Assembly: GCA_963723965.1 (NCBI GenBank)
Contig: CAVRSV010000020.1
Coordinates: forward strand, 10,286 to 74,285
Direction: 5' to 3'
Source: an uncultured Acidobacteriota bacterium
GTDB taxonomy: Bacteria; Acidobacteriota; UBA6911; RPQK01; JAPXNP01
DNA length: 64,000 bases
The stretch's first letter is position 1, and each line of letters starts with the position of its first letter. The notes under the pieces are model-generated. The model saw only the letters and a list, made by a program, of their open reading frames with translations. It was not told the origin of the DNA and searched no databases. Made by a program: the position numbers and the translations under genes. This document shows positions 48,411 through 57,095 of this stretch, in pieces.

Positions 48411-48477
48411 CCGGTTCCGCGGTTCCGCGATTCCGTGGTTCCAAGGCTTGGCGGTTCGTCGGTTCGTGGGCGGGGCG
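48411..48477. repeat. GGTTCCG-type short tandem repeats
   Basis: ccggttccgcggttccgcgattccgtggttccaaggcttggcggttcgtcggttcgtgg lies between the permease and Wzz-like genes. Confidence 0.75.
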
Positions 48478-48500
48478 TTGTGCTATTCTTTGACTTTCCC

Positions 48501-50015
48501 ATGAGCGAAGATCGCGAACGACCCGAAGATCGTGCCATCCAGCCCGCCTACGTTCTAGCTCCGGGCTACTATCCGGACTGGGAGCCCGAAAGTCAGGTCA
48601 GTCTGGGTGACTACATTCGAGTGCTCTGGAAGCGGCGCATGCTGATCGTCGCAGGGACCGCAGGGCTGGCCCTGGCGGCCTTTCTGGTCAGCCTGGCACT
48701 CCCCAAGCAGTACGAGGCCAGCGCCTCGCTCCTCGTCCAGGCGCCGGTGTTCGCCACCGAGTTGAGAGCCGAACCTTTTTCGGTCGAGACCTACCAGGAG
48801 ATCATCAACTCCGATTTCGTGCGGCGCTCCATTGAGACTCGGCTCGCCAATGAAGGGCATGCGGGGCTGGTCAACGGCGGCCTGGGCAATCTCTCGACTC
48901 AGGTCTTCACGAGCAAGCTGAGGGAGGGCGGCTATACCCCGGTCATCCGCCTGATCGTCCGTGCAGGCAGCCCGGAGAACGCCGAACTGGTGGCCAACAC
49001 CTGGGCCGAGGCATCGGTGCAGGAAACGGCGGGTCTGGCCAGCCAGGGCAAGAAGGGGGCCGTCGATTTCATCCAGAAGGAGTACCCGAGCTCGAAGGAG
49101 CGTCTGACCGGACTGGAGACGGATCTCAAGACGACGCAGGACCAGTACGACCATCGGCTGCAGGATCTCCAGAACCGCTGGGACACCCGCATTACGGCAT
49201 TCAAGACCGAGTGGAATCTGGACGTGCTGTCCCAGCAGGCCGATGCCCTGGAGAAGAGCCTGACTGCAAACGTCATGCGCCTCAACGACCTGCAACTGCA
49301 GATCAAAGAAACCCGGGACACCCTGGAGCAGTTGAAGTCACAGATCAAGGAGCAGCCTCAGTTCGTGACCGTCTCCAAGGCCATCACGGACGACGCTTTG
49401 TGGGACCGCATCGGCAGGGACCCGTCGGGGGGGATCTCCAAGGATCTGCAGGGAATCAAGCTCCATTCCGAGTTTCTGAACCCGGTATATCAGAACCTGT
49501 TGCAGCGTCTGGTGGATACGCAGGTCCAGTACGAAACCCTGGGTCCGCAGGAACGACACCTGCAGGATCAGATCACCGAACTGCAGAACGAGGTGCAGTC
49601 CGAGAACAAACTGCTGTTGGACAAGCAGCTGGAACTGGAGCGGCTGACCCGAGGCAAGAGCACCGAACTGGCACTGCTGACCAGGGAGCGGGATTTCAAA
49701 GTGGAACAGCTCCGTCGGGAAGTAGAGAATTCCCAGACGTCGTTCAAGAACCTCGCCGAGAAGTGGGAAGTCGCCAAACTGGCCCAGGTCGAAGAGGAGC
49801 AGGACGTCAAGATCGGGGCCCGGGCTGTTGCCCCCCGCCATGCGGTTTCGCCCCGGCCGCTGCTGAACGCGGCCATCGGCCTGGTCGTGGGGCTGATGCT
49901 GTCGACGGTGCTGGCCTTCGTCGCGGAATTCGTCGGAACGGGGTCCCTGAGCGAGCCGCGCCCCGACGAGCGCGCCCATTCCTTTGTGCCCGGGGTCCTT
50001 CGGCGCGAAGTCTAG
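48501..50015 (+). CDS. polysaccharide chain-length determinant (Wzz/GumC-type PCP) without kinase domain
   Basis: ATG at 48501. The Wzz N-terminal motif and TM are LGDYIRVLWKRRMLIVAGTAGLALAAFLVSLALPKQYEASASLLV. A long coiled coil follows, then the C-terminal TM LLNAAIGLVVGLMLSTVLAFV. Confidence 0.75.
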   Translation: MSEDRERPEDRAIQPAYVLAPGYYPDWEPESQVSLGDYIRVLWKRRMLIVAGTAGLALAAFLVSLALPKQYEASASLLVQAPVFATELRAEPFSVETYQEIINSDFVRRSIETRLANEGHAGLVNGGLGNLSTQVFTSKLREGGYTPVIRLIVRAGSPENAELVANTWAEASVQETAGLASQGKKGAVDFIQKEYPSSKERLTGLETDLKTTQDQYDHRLQDLQNRWDTRITAFKTEWNLDVLSQQADALEKSLTANVMRLNDLQLQIKETRDTLEQLKSQIKEQPQFVTVSKAITDDALWDRIGRDPSGGISKDLQGIKLHSEFLNPVYQNLLQRLVDTQVQYETLGPQERHLQDQITELQNEVQSENKLLLDKQLELERLTRGKSTELALLTRERDFKVEQLRREVENSQTSFKNLAEKWEVAKLAQVEEEQDVKIGARAVAPRHAVSPRPLLNAAIGLVVGLMLSTVLAFVAEFVGTGSLSEPRPDERAHSFVPGVLRREV

Positions 50016-50079
50016 TTCCGGCGCCGGCGTCTTGAAGCCGTATCGGCCTTTCCCATAGAATGAGTGCCTCCAAGCCTGA

Positions 50080-50157
50080 GGTGGGCGTAGCTCAGTTTGG
50101 TAGAGCACAGGGTTGTGGCCCCTGTGGCCGTGGGTTCAAGTCCCATCGCCCACCCCA
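50080..50157 (+). tRNA. tRNA-His (anticodon GUG)
   Basis: G(-1)-GUGGGCG-UA-GCUC..GAGC-A-CAGGG-UUGUGGC-CCCUG-UGGCC-GUGGG-UUCAAGU-CCCAU-CGCCCAC-C-CCA. The extra 5-prime G is typical of tRNA-His. Confidence 0.9.
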
Positions 50158-50258
50158 TCCTTCCTTTCCCCGAAGGGCCCTCGGCCTCCCATGATCGGAT
50201 CCGATTGAGGGCGGGGCAGGCTGGAAGCCCGCGCCACAATCCAGGCTGGAAGTCTGGA

Positions 50259-50864
50259 TCAATCTCGCGGACGGAGGCCGCCGGGTGCGGAACGAGGGGG
50301 CCGGCGGAGTCTCCCCCAGGGGTAGTGCTCCCGACCGACGACACAAGCCACGAAGAGAATCGCCAGCATCCCGGCTGTCAGGTTGACCCCCAGATCGAGG
50401 AGCCCGAAGTGTCGGTCGGGCAGGGAAGCCTGAATCATCTCATCACCAAGACCGATCAAGCCCACCAGTGCGATTGTGGAAACGAAGAGCGGGCGTGAGG
50501 TCAGATGGAAGCGAAGGGCCTCGAAGGCCAGCAGAGCCAGGGGCGCGTATTCGAAGAAGTGGAATCGTTTCGCGGGCACTGTCAGCTTCAGCAGGCAAAC
50601 CGCAACCACGACGGCCATCGCCAATAGCACGGCATAGCCGAACTTCGAAGGCCGGTACGCGACGCGAACCCAAACAACGATGGCCATGCCGGCCACCAGG
50701 AAGGCGAGATTCATCCAGGTCGACACCGTCGCGCGACCGAGCTTCTGATAGATCGACACGTACAGGTCGAAGGCGAGGGAGAGCGTCGAATAGAGGAACA
50801 GCGTGTAGAGTCCAAGCACGATCCAGGCGGTGCGTTCACGGCTGAAGATGCCCTGTTGCCACAT
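50259..50864 (-). CDS. VanZ-like membrane protein
   Basis: The probable start is MWQQGIFSRERTAWIVLGLY at 50864. GDEMIQASLPDRHFGLLDLGVNLTAGMLA matches the VanZ DE..Q....R....D...N..G motif. The longer track ORF is probably 5-prime read-through. Confidence 0.6.
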   Translation of the reverse strand: MWQQGIFSRERTAWIVLGLYTLFLYSTLSLAFDLYVSIYQKLGRATVSTWMNLAFLVAGMAIVVWVRVAYRPSKFGYAVLLAMAVVVAVCLLKLTVPAKRFHFFEYAPLALLAFEALRFHLTSRPLFVSTIALVGLIGLGDEMIQASLPDRHFGLLDLGVNLTAGMLAILFVACVVGREHYPWGRLRRPPRSAPGGLRPRD

Positions 50865-50929
50865 GGGGAGTCCTATCTTGCCATGCCACGGGTGGATGTT
50901 TCCGCGTTCGGTGGTGGAACCATGGGCGG

Positions 50930-51262
50930 TCAGGCCGGCTTTCGCATCAGCTTGAGGAAAACGCCCAGCAGGGTGAAGAAGAGGAAGAAGAACGAAACGA
51001 TCATCAGGACGCCGCTCGGAACGAAGCGATTCGATTCGATGAGCCGGTAGGCGAAGTAGACGGCCATGACGAAGATGACGGCCGCTCCGGCAAAGCCGAA
51101 GGGGACGGAATTCCGGGCGAGCAGGCCGAAAACAGCGACGAGGGCAGCCACGACCACCCCGGCGATGACGGAAGCCAGGCTCCCGGTCCGGGCATAGCCC
51201 AGCCATCCGGAATAGAGCAGCACCAGGGAATAGAGGAGACAGGCAGGAACGGCAACATTCAT
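50930..51262 (-). CDS. small four-TM membrane protein (TMEM14/UPF0136-like)
   Basis: The probable start is MNVAVPACLLYSLVLLY at 51262. It is 111 aa and has four hydrophobic helices. Confidence 0.5.
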   Translation of the reverse strand: MNVAVPACLLYSLVLLYSGWLGYARTGSLASVIAGVVVAALVAVFGLLARNSVPFGFAGAAVIFVMAVYFAYRLIESNRFVPSGVLMIVSFFFLFFTLLGVFLKLMRKPA

Positions 51263-51360
51263 CACTTGACCCTCATGCAATCTCCGACCCGGTCTCCCCG
51301 GATCCTGTTGCGCGGTCGACCGGATCGAACCCGCTCCGGCGAGATCGTCGGAAGGCGTTC

Positions 51361-52293
51361 TCAGCCCAGGCCCGGCCAGTCCTCGGAGTCGGCGGAACGG
51401 GCCGTTTCGAAGGCTTGTCGAAGGGCCTCCTGAATCTCTCGATCCAGCGGACCCTCGGCTGCGTTTTGCAGGTTGATCCGGGCGTTTTCGGGATTTGTGG
51501 TTCCGGCAATCACGCTGTCCACCCCGGGCACGCCGAGAGTGAAGCGCAGCGCCAGACGAGCGAACTCGCGGTGGCGGTCGCCGGGGAAGCCAAGGGCAGA
51601 GGGTTCCAGCTTCATGCAGGACAGTCGCCTGGAATAGGTCTCGGCATATCCCCGATAGATCCCCCGCTGCTGCTCTCCACTCCTCCACGCCGCGTTTGCC
51701 AGGGGCCGCTTGGCCAGCACGCCGAGGTCGTGGGATGCAGCCACCGGCAGGACCGTATCGATGTTCGCCTGGTCACAGAGGTTGACGGATGTCTCGAGCA
51801 CCGCCACATCCGGCAGTCCCGCGGCAAACGCCGCCGCCTCGTTATCCCCGGAGTACCCAATGAACCCGATCTTGCCCGCCTCGCGGGATTCGACCAGGGT
51901 CGCGAGCACCTCCTCGCGTTCGAGGACCTCCCGGGGACACGTGTGAAGGAGCATCACGTCGATGTGATCTGTCTGCAGCAGACGAAGGGAACGATCGACG
52001 GACTGCCTGATCAGTTCCGGAGACCACTCGGGCGAGTCTATGCCTTCGACGCGGTGTCCGCATTTCGTGACCAGTATGTATTCGCCTCGGCGATGTCCGA
52101 CCGATCGCGCGATCAGGGGCTCCGAATCGGGATAGCAGGCGGCCGTGTCGATGAGGTTGACGCCTTCGTCCAACAGCAGATTGAGAACCTGCGCGGTCCT
52201 CTCGACACTCTCCCCAAGATAGCCGACGGGACCGCTGCCGAATCCGATGGTGGACACCTTCAACTCTGTCTTGCCCAGTCTTCGCATTTCCAC
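51361..52293 (-). CDS. aldo/keto reductase
   Basis: MEMRRLGKTELKVSTIGFGSG...GVNLIDTAACYPDSE...ILVTKCGH shows the typical AKR N-terminus and catalytic D/Y/K/H context. Confidence 0.85.
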   Translation of the reverse strand: MEMRRLGKTELKVSTIGFGSGPVGYLGESVERTAQVLNLLLDEGVNLIDTAACYPDSEPLIARSVGHRRGEYILVTKCGHRVEGIDSPEWSPELIRQSVDRSLRLLQTDHIDVMLLHTCPREVLEREEVLATLVESREAGKIGFIGYSGDNEAAAFAAGLPDVAVLETSVNLCDQANIDTVLPVAASHDLGVLAKRPLANAAWRSGEQQRGIYRGYAETYSRRLSCMKLEPSALGFPGDRHREFARLALRFTLGVPGVDSVIAGTTNPENARINLQNAAEGPLDREIQEALRQAFETARSADSEDWPGLG

Positions 52294-52423
52294 GCTTCGA
52301 TTCTACACAACCAAGTCCAACCAATCCGAGCCGCCGCGGTCTATACCCGTGTCAACTGAACATTTGGGGCGCCGGTTGCGTTTATCTGCAGTGACCCGAC
52401 TGAAGGGGAGAGGAGCAAGTCAG

Positions 52424-53386
52424 ATGAGAGTATTTCGAATTGGGACGTTCGTGGCGGTGATGATCCTGGTGTCCGGCTGGCTGGTCGGGGCCGATACGAT
52501 CGAGCAGTCGTTCCAGGTGTCGGCCGGCGGCCGCCTGAATGTCCGGGCGGATCGGGCTTCGATTACGGTGACGACGCGGGCCGGAAACGACGCATCCGTC
52601 ACAATCATCCCCAAGGGGTGGAGCGTCGAGGAAATGCAGGAAGACTTCACCGTGGACCTGCATCAGTCGGGAAACGAGATCTTCGTCGAACTGCTGGCGC
52701 GTCATCGCCTGTCCAACTGGTTCGGCTGGAATTCTCACCGAATCCAGATCGAAGCGGTCATCCCCGAAGACTTCAACGTGGAGCTCAAGACCTCGGGAGG
52801 TGGAATCTCCGTCGCCGACCTGACGGGGGACGTGCGAGCGGAAACCTCCGGCGGCGGCATCTCACTCGGACGAATCGACGGGCCGGTCCATGCCAAGACC
52901 TCCGGCGGGAGTGTCGAACTGACTTCCTCGAAGGGGGACGCCGAGCTCTACACGTCGGGCGGAAACATCAAGATCGGAGACGTCGCGGGCCGGATCGTCT
53001 CGTCGACCTCGGGAGGATCGATCACGGTCGAGCGGGCGGAGGGTGAGATCCAGGCCGAGACTTCAGGGGGCAGCATCCGCGTCAGCGAGGTCTACGGCTC
53101 GATCGACGCCCGGACCTCGGGGGGATCCGTTTCGGCCGAGCTGCGCTCCCAGCCGGAGGGCGACTGCCGGCTGGAAACCTCCGGGGGCAACGTGAACGTA
53201 CGCCTCGCAGCCGGGCTGCAGTTCGATGTGGACGCCAAGACCTCGGGAGGGCGCGTGAGGACCGACGTGCCGGTCACGGTTCAGGGCACGGTCGGCAAGT
53301 CCCATCTCGAAGGTCGCTTGAACGGCGGCGGGCCGGCCCTCTACCTGCGCACCTCGGGAGGGAGCATTTCCATCGAGTCGCTCTAA
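52424..53386 (+). CDS. DUF4097-type beta-strand repeat protein (putative adhesin), exported
   Basis: GGGGAGAGGAG ribosome-binding site and ATG at 52424. The signal/TM is MRVFRIGTFVAVMILVSGWLVG. There are more than eight reiterations of (K/E)TSGG(G/S/N)(I/V). Confidence 0.7.
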   Translation: MRVFRIGTFVAVMILVSGWLVGADTIEQSFQVSAGGRLNVRADRASITVTTRAGNDASVTIIPKGWSVEEMQEDFTVDLHQSGNEIFVELLARHRLSNWFGWNSHRIQIEAVIPEDFNVELKTSGGGISVADLTGDVRAETSGGGISLGRIDGPVHAKTSGGSVELTSSKGDAELYTSGGNIKIGDVAGRIVSSTSGGSITVERAEGEIQAETSGGSIRVSEVYGSIDARTSGGSVSAELRSQPEGDCRLETSGGNVNVRLAAGLQFDVDAKTSGGRVRTDVPVTVQGTVGKSHLEGRLNGGGPALYLRTSGGSISIESL

Positions 53387-53558
53387 CCTCCGGGCCTTTT
53401 CAGACATTCTTCGTTGAGTCTCTCGACGGCCCGGGATATGCTCGGTCACCGGGCCGTGGGACCCCGCCGCCGGACTCCTCCTGCGAGACTCCCCGGGGCG
53501 GGCACGAGCACTCCGCTGGTGGATGCCCTCCAGTCCCCGCGGTCTCGGGGAGACGGCG

Positions 53559-54629
53559 ATGTTGATCATGAGGATTGTCGTGCTGGTCCTTTCGGTGACC
53601 GGTCTCGGGCCGGCCCTGCTCGCCCAGCAGGTGCCCGAGTCGGGACAGCGGGAATGGTGGAACGAGGGCCCTTTTCGGAGACCCCAACCCAATCCCCAGG
53701 CGAAACTGCTCCCACTGATCCGGGTCGAGGGCAACCGCTTCGTCGATCCCGACGGGAAACCGGTCCTGTTTCGCGGCCTGGCGATCGCCGATCCCGACAA
53801 GATCGAGCGCCAGGGACACTGGAATCGGGAGCTGTTCCAGCAGGTCAAGGACATGGGCGCCAGGGTCGTGCGCATCCCGGTGCACCCGGTGGCGTGGCGT
53901 GAGCGGACCCCCTCGAAATACCTGGAACTGCTCGATCAGGCGGTGGCCTGGTCGACGGAGCTCGGCATGTACGTGATGATCGACTGGCACTCCATCGGGA
54001 ACCTGGGCATGGAGCTGTTCCAGAACCCGATGTACAACACGACGCAGCGCGAGACCTTCGCGTTCTGGCGCACCATCGCAGCCCATTTCAGAGGTCACAA
54101 CACGGTCGCGTTCTATGAGTTCTTCAACGAGCCGACGCTGTTTCGGGGAACTCTGGGCAGCATGTCCTGGAGCGAATGGAAGGACCTCAACGAGAAGATG
54201 ATCCGGCTCGTTCGCGCCTACGATCCGGATCCGATTCCCCTGGTGGCGGGTTTCGACTGGGCCTATGACCTGACGCCCCTGCACTTCGACCCGATCAACG
54301 CCGAGGGCATCGGCTACGTCACCCATCCCTACGAACACAAGCGGAAGCCGCCCTGGCCGCCCAAGTGGGAGGAGGACTTCGGATTCGCGGCGGACCGCTA
54401 CCCCGTCATCGCCACCGAGTTCGGCTTCCAGATCCGGGATGCCGACGCCGTGGGACCCGACGACTATCCCAATGCCATCATTCATTACCTGGAAGGGCGG
54501 GGGATCAGCTGGGTCGCCTGGTGCTTCGACCCCCAGTGGGGCCCGCGAATGCTGGAGAGCTGGGAAGGCTTCCAGTTGACCCCGGCCGGCGAATTCTTCA
54601 AGAAGGCGATGCATGGCGAGGTCCAATGA
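53559..54629 (+). CDS. GH5 cellulase-family glycoside hydrolase, secreted
   Basis: The signal peptide is MLIMRIVVLVLSVTGLGPALLAQQ. VRIPVHP...MYVMIDWHS...VAFYEFFNEPT (acid/base NEP) ...VIATEFG (nucleophile) gives the GH5 pattern. Confidence 0.8.
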   Translation: MLIMRIVVLVLSVTGLGPALLAQQVPESGQREWWNEGPFRRPQPNPQAKLLPLIRVEGNRFVDPDGKPVLFRGLAIADPDKIERQGHWNRELFQQVKDMGARVVRIPVHPVAWRERTPSKYLELLDQAVAWSTELGMYVMIDWHSIGNLGMELFQNPMYNTTQRETFAFWRTIAAHFRGHNTVAFYEFFNEPTLFRGTLGSMSWSEWKDLNEKMIRLVRAYDPDPIPLVAGFDWAYDLTPLHFDPINAEGIGYVTHPYEHKRKPPWPPKWEEDFGFAADRYPVIATEFGFQIRDADAVGPDDYPNAIIHYLEGRGISWVAWCFDPQWGPRMLESWEGFQLTPAGEFFKKAMHGEVQ

Positions 54630-54750
54630 GGCACTCTTCGGGTCGTGGGATCTCTCGGTCCTGACCGCAATTCCGGGTCAGGTGCCATAGGGCGATCGCG
54701 GCGCCCACAAGGTTGCATTCCCGGGTCGCCTGGTGCCAGCATGTGGAATT

Positions 54751-55530
54751 ATGCGACTCCCGATCTACCAGGTGGACGCTTTTACGGATGAAGTCTTTCA
54801 CGGTAACCCGGCCGCCGTGGTGCTCCTCGAAAGGGAACTCCCGGCCGCCACGCTGCAGGGCATTGCGGCCGAGAACAACCTCTCCGAGACCGCCTTCGTC
54901 CAGTCCGTGGGCGACCGTTTTCAGTTGCGCTGGTTCACTCCCACGACCGAGGTCGATCTGTGCGGCCACGCGACGTTGGCGACGGCCCACGTGCTGTTCG
55001 AGCTCGATCGTGTTCCCGGGCCCCGGGCCGTCTTCGATACGCTCAGCGGGGAACTGGTCGTCACCCGATCGGACGAGGGATACACTCTCGATTTTCCCTC
55101 CCGACCTCCCGAGCCGGCCGAGATCACCGTCCCCTTGATCCAAGCTCTGGGCAAAACGCCGAGGGAGGTTCTGCAGGCGAGGGACCTGCTGGCGGTCTTC
55201 GACAGTGAGGAGGATGTACAAGGCCTCGAACCCGAGATGGGTCGAATTGCCGCACTCGACGTCTTTGCCGTGACCGTGACCGCCCCCGGCCGCGCGGTCG
55301 ACTTCGTTTCCCGCTTCTTTGCCCCGGCCCGCGGCGTGCCGGAGGATCCGGTGACGGGATCCGCCCATTGCACACTGACCCCCTACTGGTCGCGTCGTCT
55401 GGGCAAGACGAAACTGCGGGCCCGCCAGCTTTCGCGCCGCGGCGGTGAACTGGCCTGCGAGCTGCGGGGGGAGCGGGTCTTGATCACCGGGCGCGCGGTC
55501 CACTACCTCGAAGGGATGATCGACGTCTGA
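54751..55530 (+). CDS. PhzF-family isomerase
   Basis: MRLPIYQVDAFTDEVFHGNPAAVVLL...NLSETAFV...CGHATLA is the canonical PhzF N-terminal signature. Confidence 0.85.
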   Translation: MRLPIYQVDAFTDEVFHGNPAAVVLLERELPAATLQGIAAENNLSETAFVQSVGDRFQLRWFTPTTEVDLCGHATLATAHVLFELDRVPGPRAVFDTLSGELVVTRSDEGYTLDFPSRPPEPAEITVPLIQALGKTPREVLQARDLLAVFDSEEDVQGLEPEMGRIAALDVFAVTVTAPGRAVDFVSRFFAPARGVPEDPVTGSAHCTLTPYWSRRLGKTKLRARQLSRRGGELACELRGERVLITGRAVHYLEGMIDV

Positions 55531-56072
55531 TGCCGATGCCCCCGCGACGCGCGAGACTCACGGTGGGATGCTGCTGTCTGTCGGCGGGGCTGCTGATCCT
55601 TGCCGCCGGGTGCCGGAGCGAGACGGGGCGCAGCCTCTCCGATGTGATGGAGGAAGTCCGGGCCCGGTTCCCGGCCGTCGAACAGGTGTCGACGGACGAT
55701 CTGGCCCGGGAGCTCGCGAGTCCCGAGAGCCCGCGGCCCGTGCTGGTGGACGTGCGGAGCGAGGCCGAGTACGCCGTCAGCCACCTGCGGGGGGCCGAGC
55801 GGGCGGAAACCGTGGGCGAAGTGGAGGCCCTGGTCCATGGCGATAAGAACGCTTCGCTGGTGCTCTACTGCTCGGTCGGCTACCGGTCGTCGCAGCTCGC
55901 GAGCGCCCTGCTCGGGGCCGGATTCCACCACGTTCGGAATCTCGAAGGCTCGATCTTCAAGTGGGCCAACGAAGGCAAGCCCGTCTATCGGGACGGACAT
56001 CCGGTCCGGGCCGTTCATCCCTACAACGACGATTGGGGCCGCCTGCTCGATCGCGAGCTCTGGCAACGGTAG
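55530..56072 (+). CDS. rhodanese-domain lipoprotein
   Basis: The start overlaps the PhzF stop (TGATG). The lipobox-like segment is LLILAAGC. The rhodanese core is VLVDVRSEAEYAVSHLRGA...LVLYCSVGYRSS. Confidence 0.75.
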   Translation: MPMPPRRARLTVGCCCLSAGLLILAAGCRSETGRSLSDVMEEVRARFPAVEQVSTDDLARELASPESPRPVLVDVRSEAEYAVSHLRGAERAETVGEVEALVHGDKNASLVLYCSVGYRSSQLASALLGAGFHHVRNLEGSIFKWANEGKPVYRDGHPVRAVHPYNDDWGRLLDRELWQR

Positions 56073-56089
56073 GACCAGCGTGGGAGGTC

Positions 56090-56920
56090 CTACCCTTCAT
56101 TGGGGCCGGTCTCGAGGGGGTTGGTGAGGCGAAGATACTGTTCCTCCAGATTCCGGCGGAAGGGCTCCAGAGATTGGGCGAGTGAAGGTGGAACGCCGTC
56201 TTGCCACGGAATCCTGTCCGGACGTGCCTCGAGCAGGGTCAGTTCCTGGTCGAGTACTTGTTTCCACGGTTGCCGTGCTGTCAACCGTCCGTTCTCGAGT
56301 GAACGCACGACGACCCGGTGGACCCGTCTCAGAATCAGTGCGCGCCTGCGTTCCGGTACTTCCTCGGCGGGGACGTTCTCCGATCGGTCGCCTTCCCGGA
56401 CGATCAACACCCCCGGCCCGTCCTCGAGCGGCTTCCCGAGAAAAGAATAGTAAGAGACGGCATAGATGTAGAAGTACTCGCCGAAGCCCATGCGGGCATC
56501 CAGCAGCGCCTGGCTGCGGGCGCTGTAGAACTCGGTGAAATGAGGCACCACGTCGACGCCCCGGCCGAACAGTCGCAGGACGCTGAGTAATCCGCCGCCC
56601 TGTTGAACGTTCTCCAGATCGGAGGCAATGTTGTCAAAGGATGCGGCGAGGCGCTTTCGAACCGGGTCGCAATACTCACGAACGCGCAGGAAAGCCTCCA
56701 TCCTTTCGGCCGGAATCGAGCCGTCCGGTGCCGGCACATAGTCCGCAAGGCCTCCGTTGCGGGTCTCGACCTCCTTCTGCAGACGTCCCATTTCGTCGGC
56801 CCGCTGGACGGAATCGCGCACGAAGAGATACCCGACCGCTCCGATGAGGCCGCAGACCACCAGGATGCCCATACATCCGATGGCGATGCCCGTAATCCAA
56901 CTCCAAACCGATTTCTTCAC
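56090..56920 (-). CDS. hypothetical membrane-anchored protein
   Basis: The probable GTG start at 56920 gives VKKSVWSWITGIAIGCMGILVVCGLIGAVGYLF. The rest is a soluble domain of unknown family. The start is uncertain, since the track ORF extends to 57121. Confidence 0.45.
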   Translation of the reverse strand: MKKSVWSWITGIAIGCMGILVVCGLIGAVGYLFVRDSVQRADEMGRLQKEVETRNGGLADYVPAPDGSIPAERMEAFLRVREYCDPVRKRLAASFDNIASDLENVQQGGGLLSVLRLFGRGVDVVPHFTEFYSARSQALLDARMGFGEYFYIYAVSYYSFLGKPLEDGPGVLIVREGDRSENVPAEEVPERRRALILRRVHRVVVRSLENGRLTARQPWKQVLDQELTLLEARPDRIPWQDGVPPSLAQSLEPFRRNLEEQYLRLTNPLETGPNEG

Positions 56921-57095
56921 ACTGAGCCCCGCTTCTGCTCTGATGAATTCTATGCCAGGGCAGGGGGTGACTGCGAGGCATCGCCCCGGGGGACCCGGAA
57001 GTGAAGGCGCATCCGCGAAGCGTGCGGCCCGCCTGGACGGCGGCCACGGCCGGGCACGGTGACCCGGATTTCCGGTACACTCCCAGCAACAGAAC

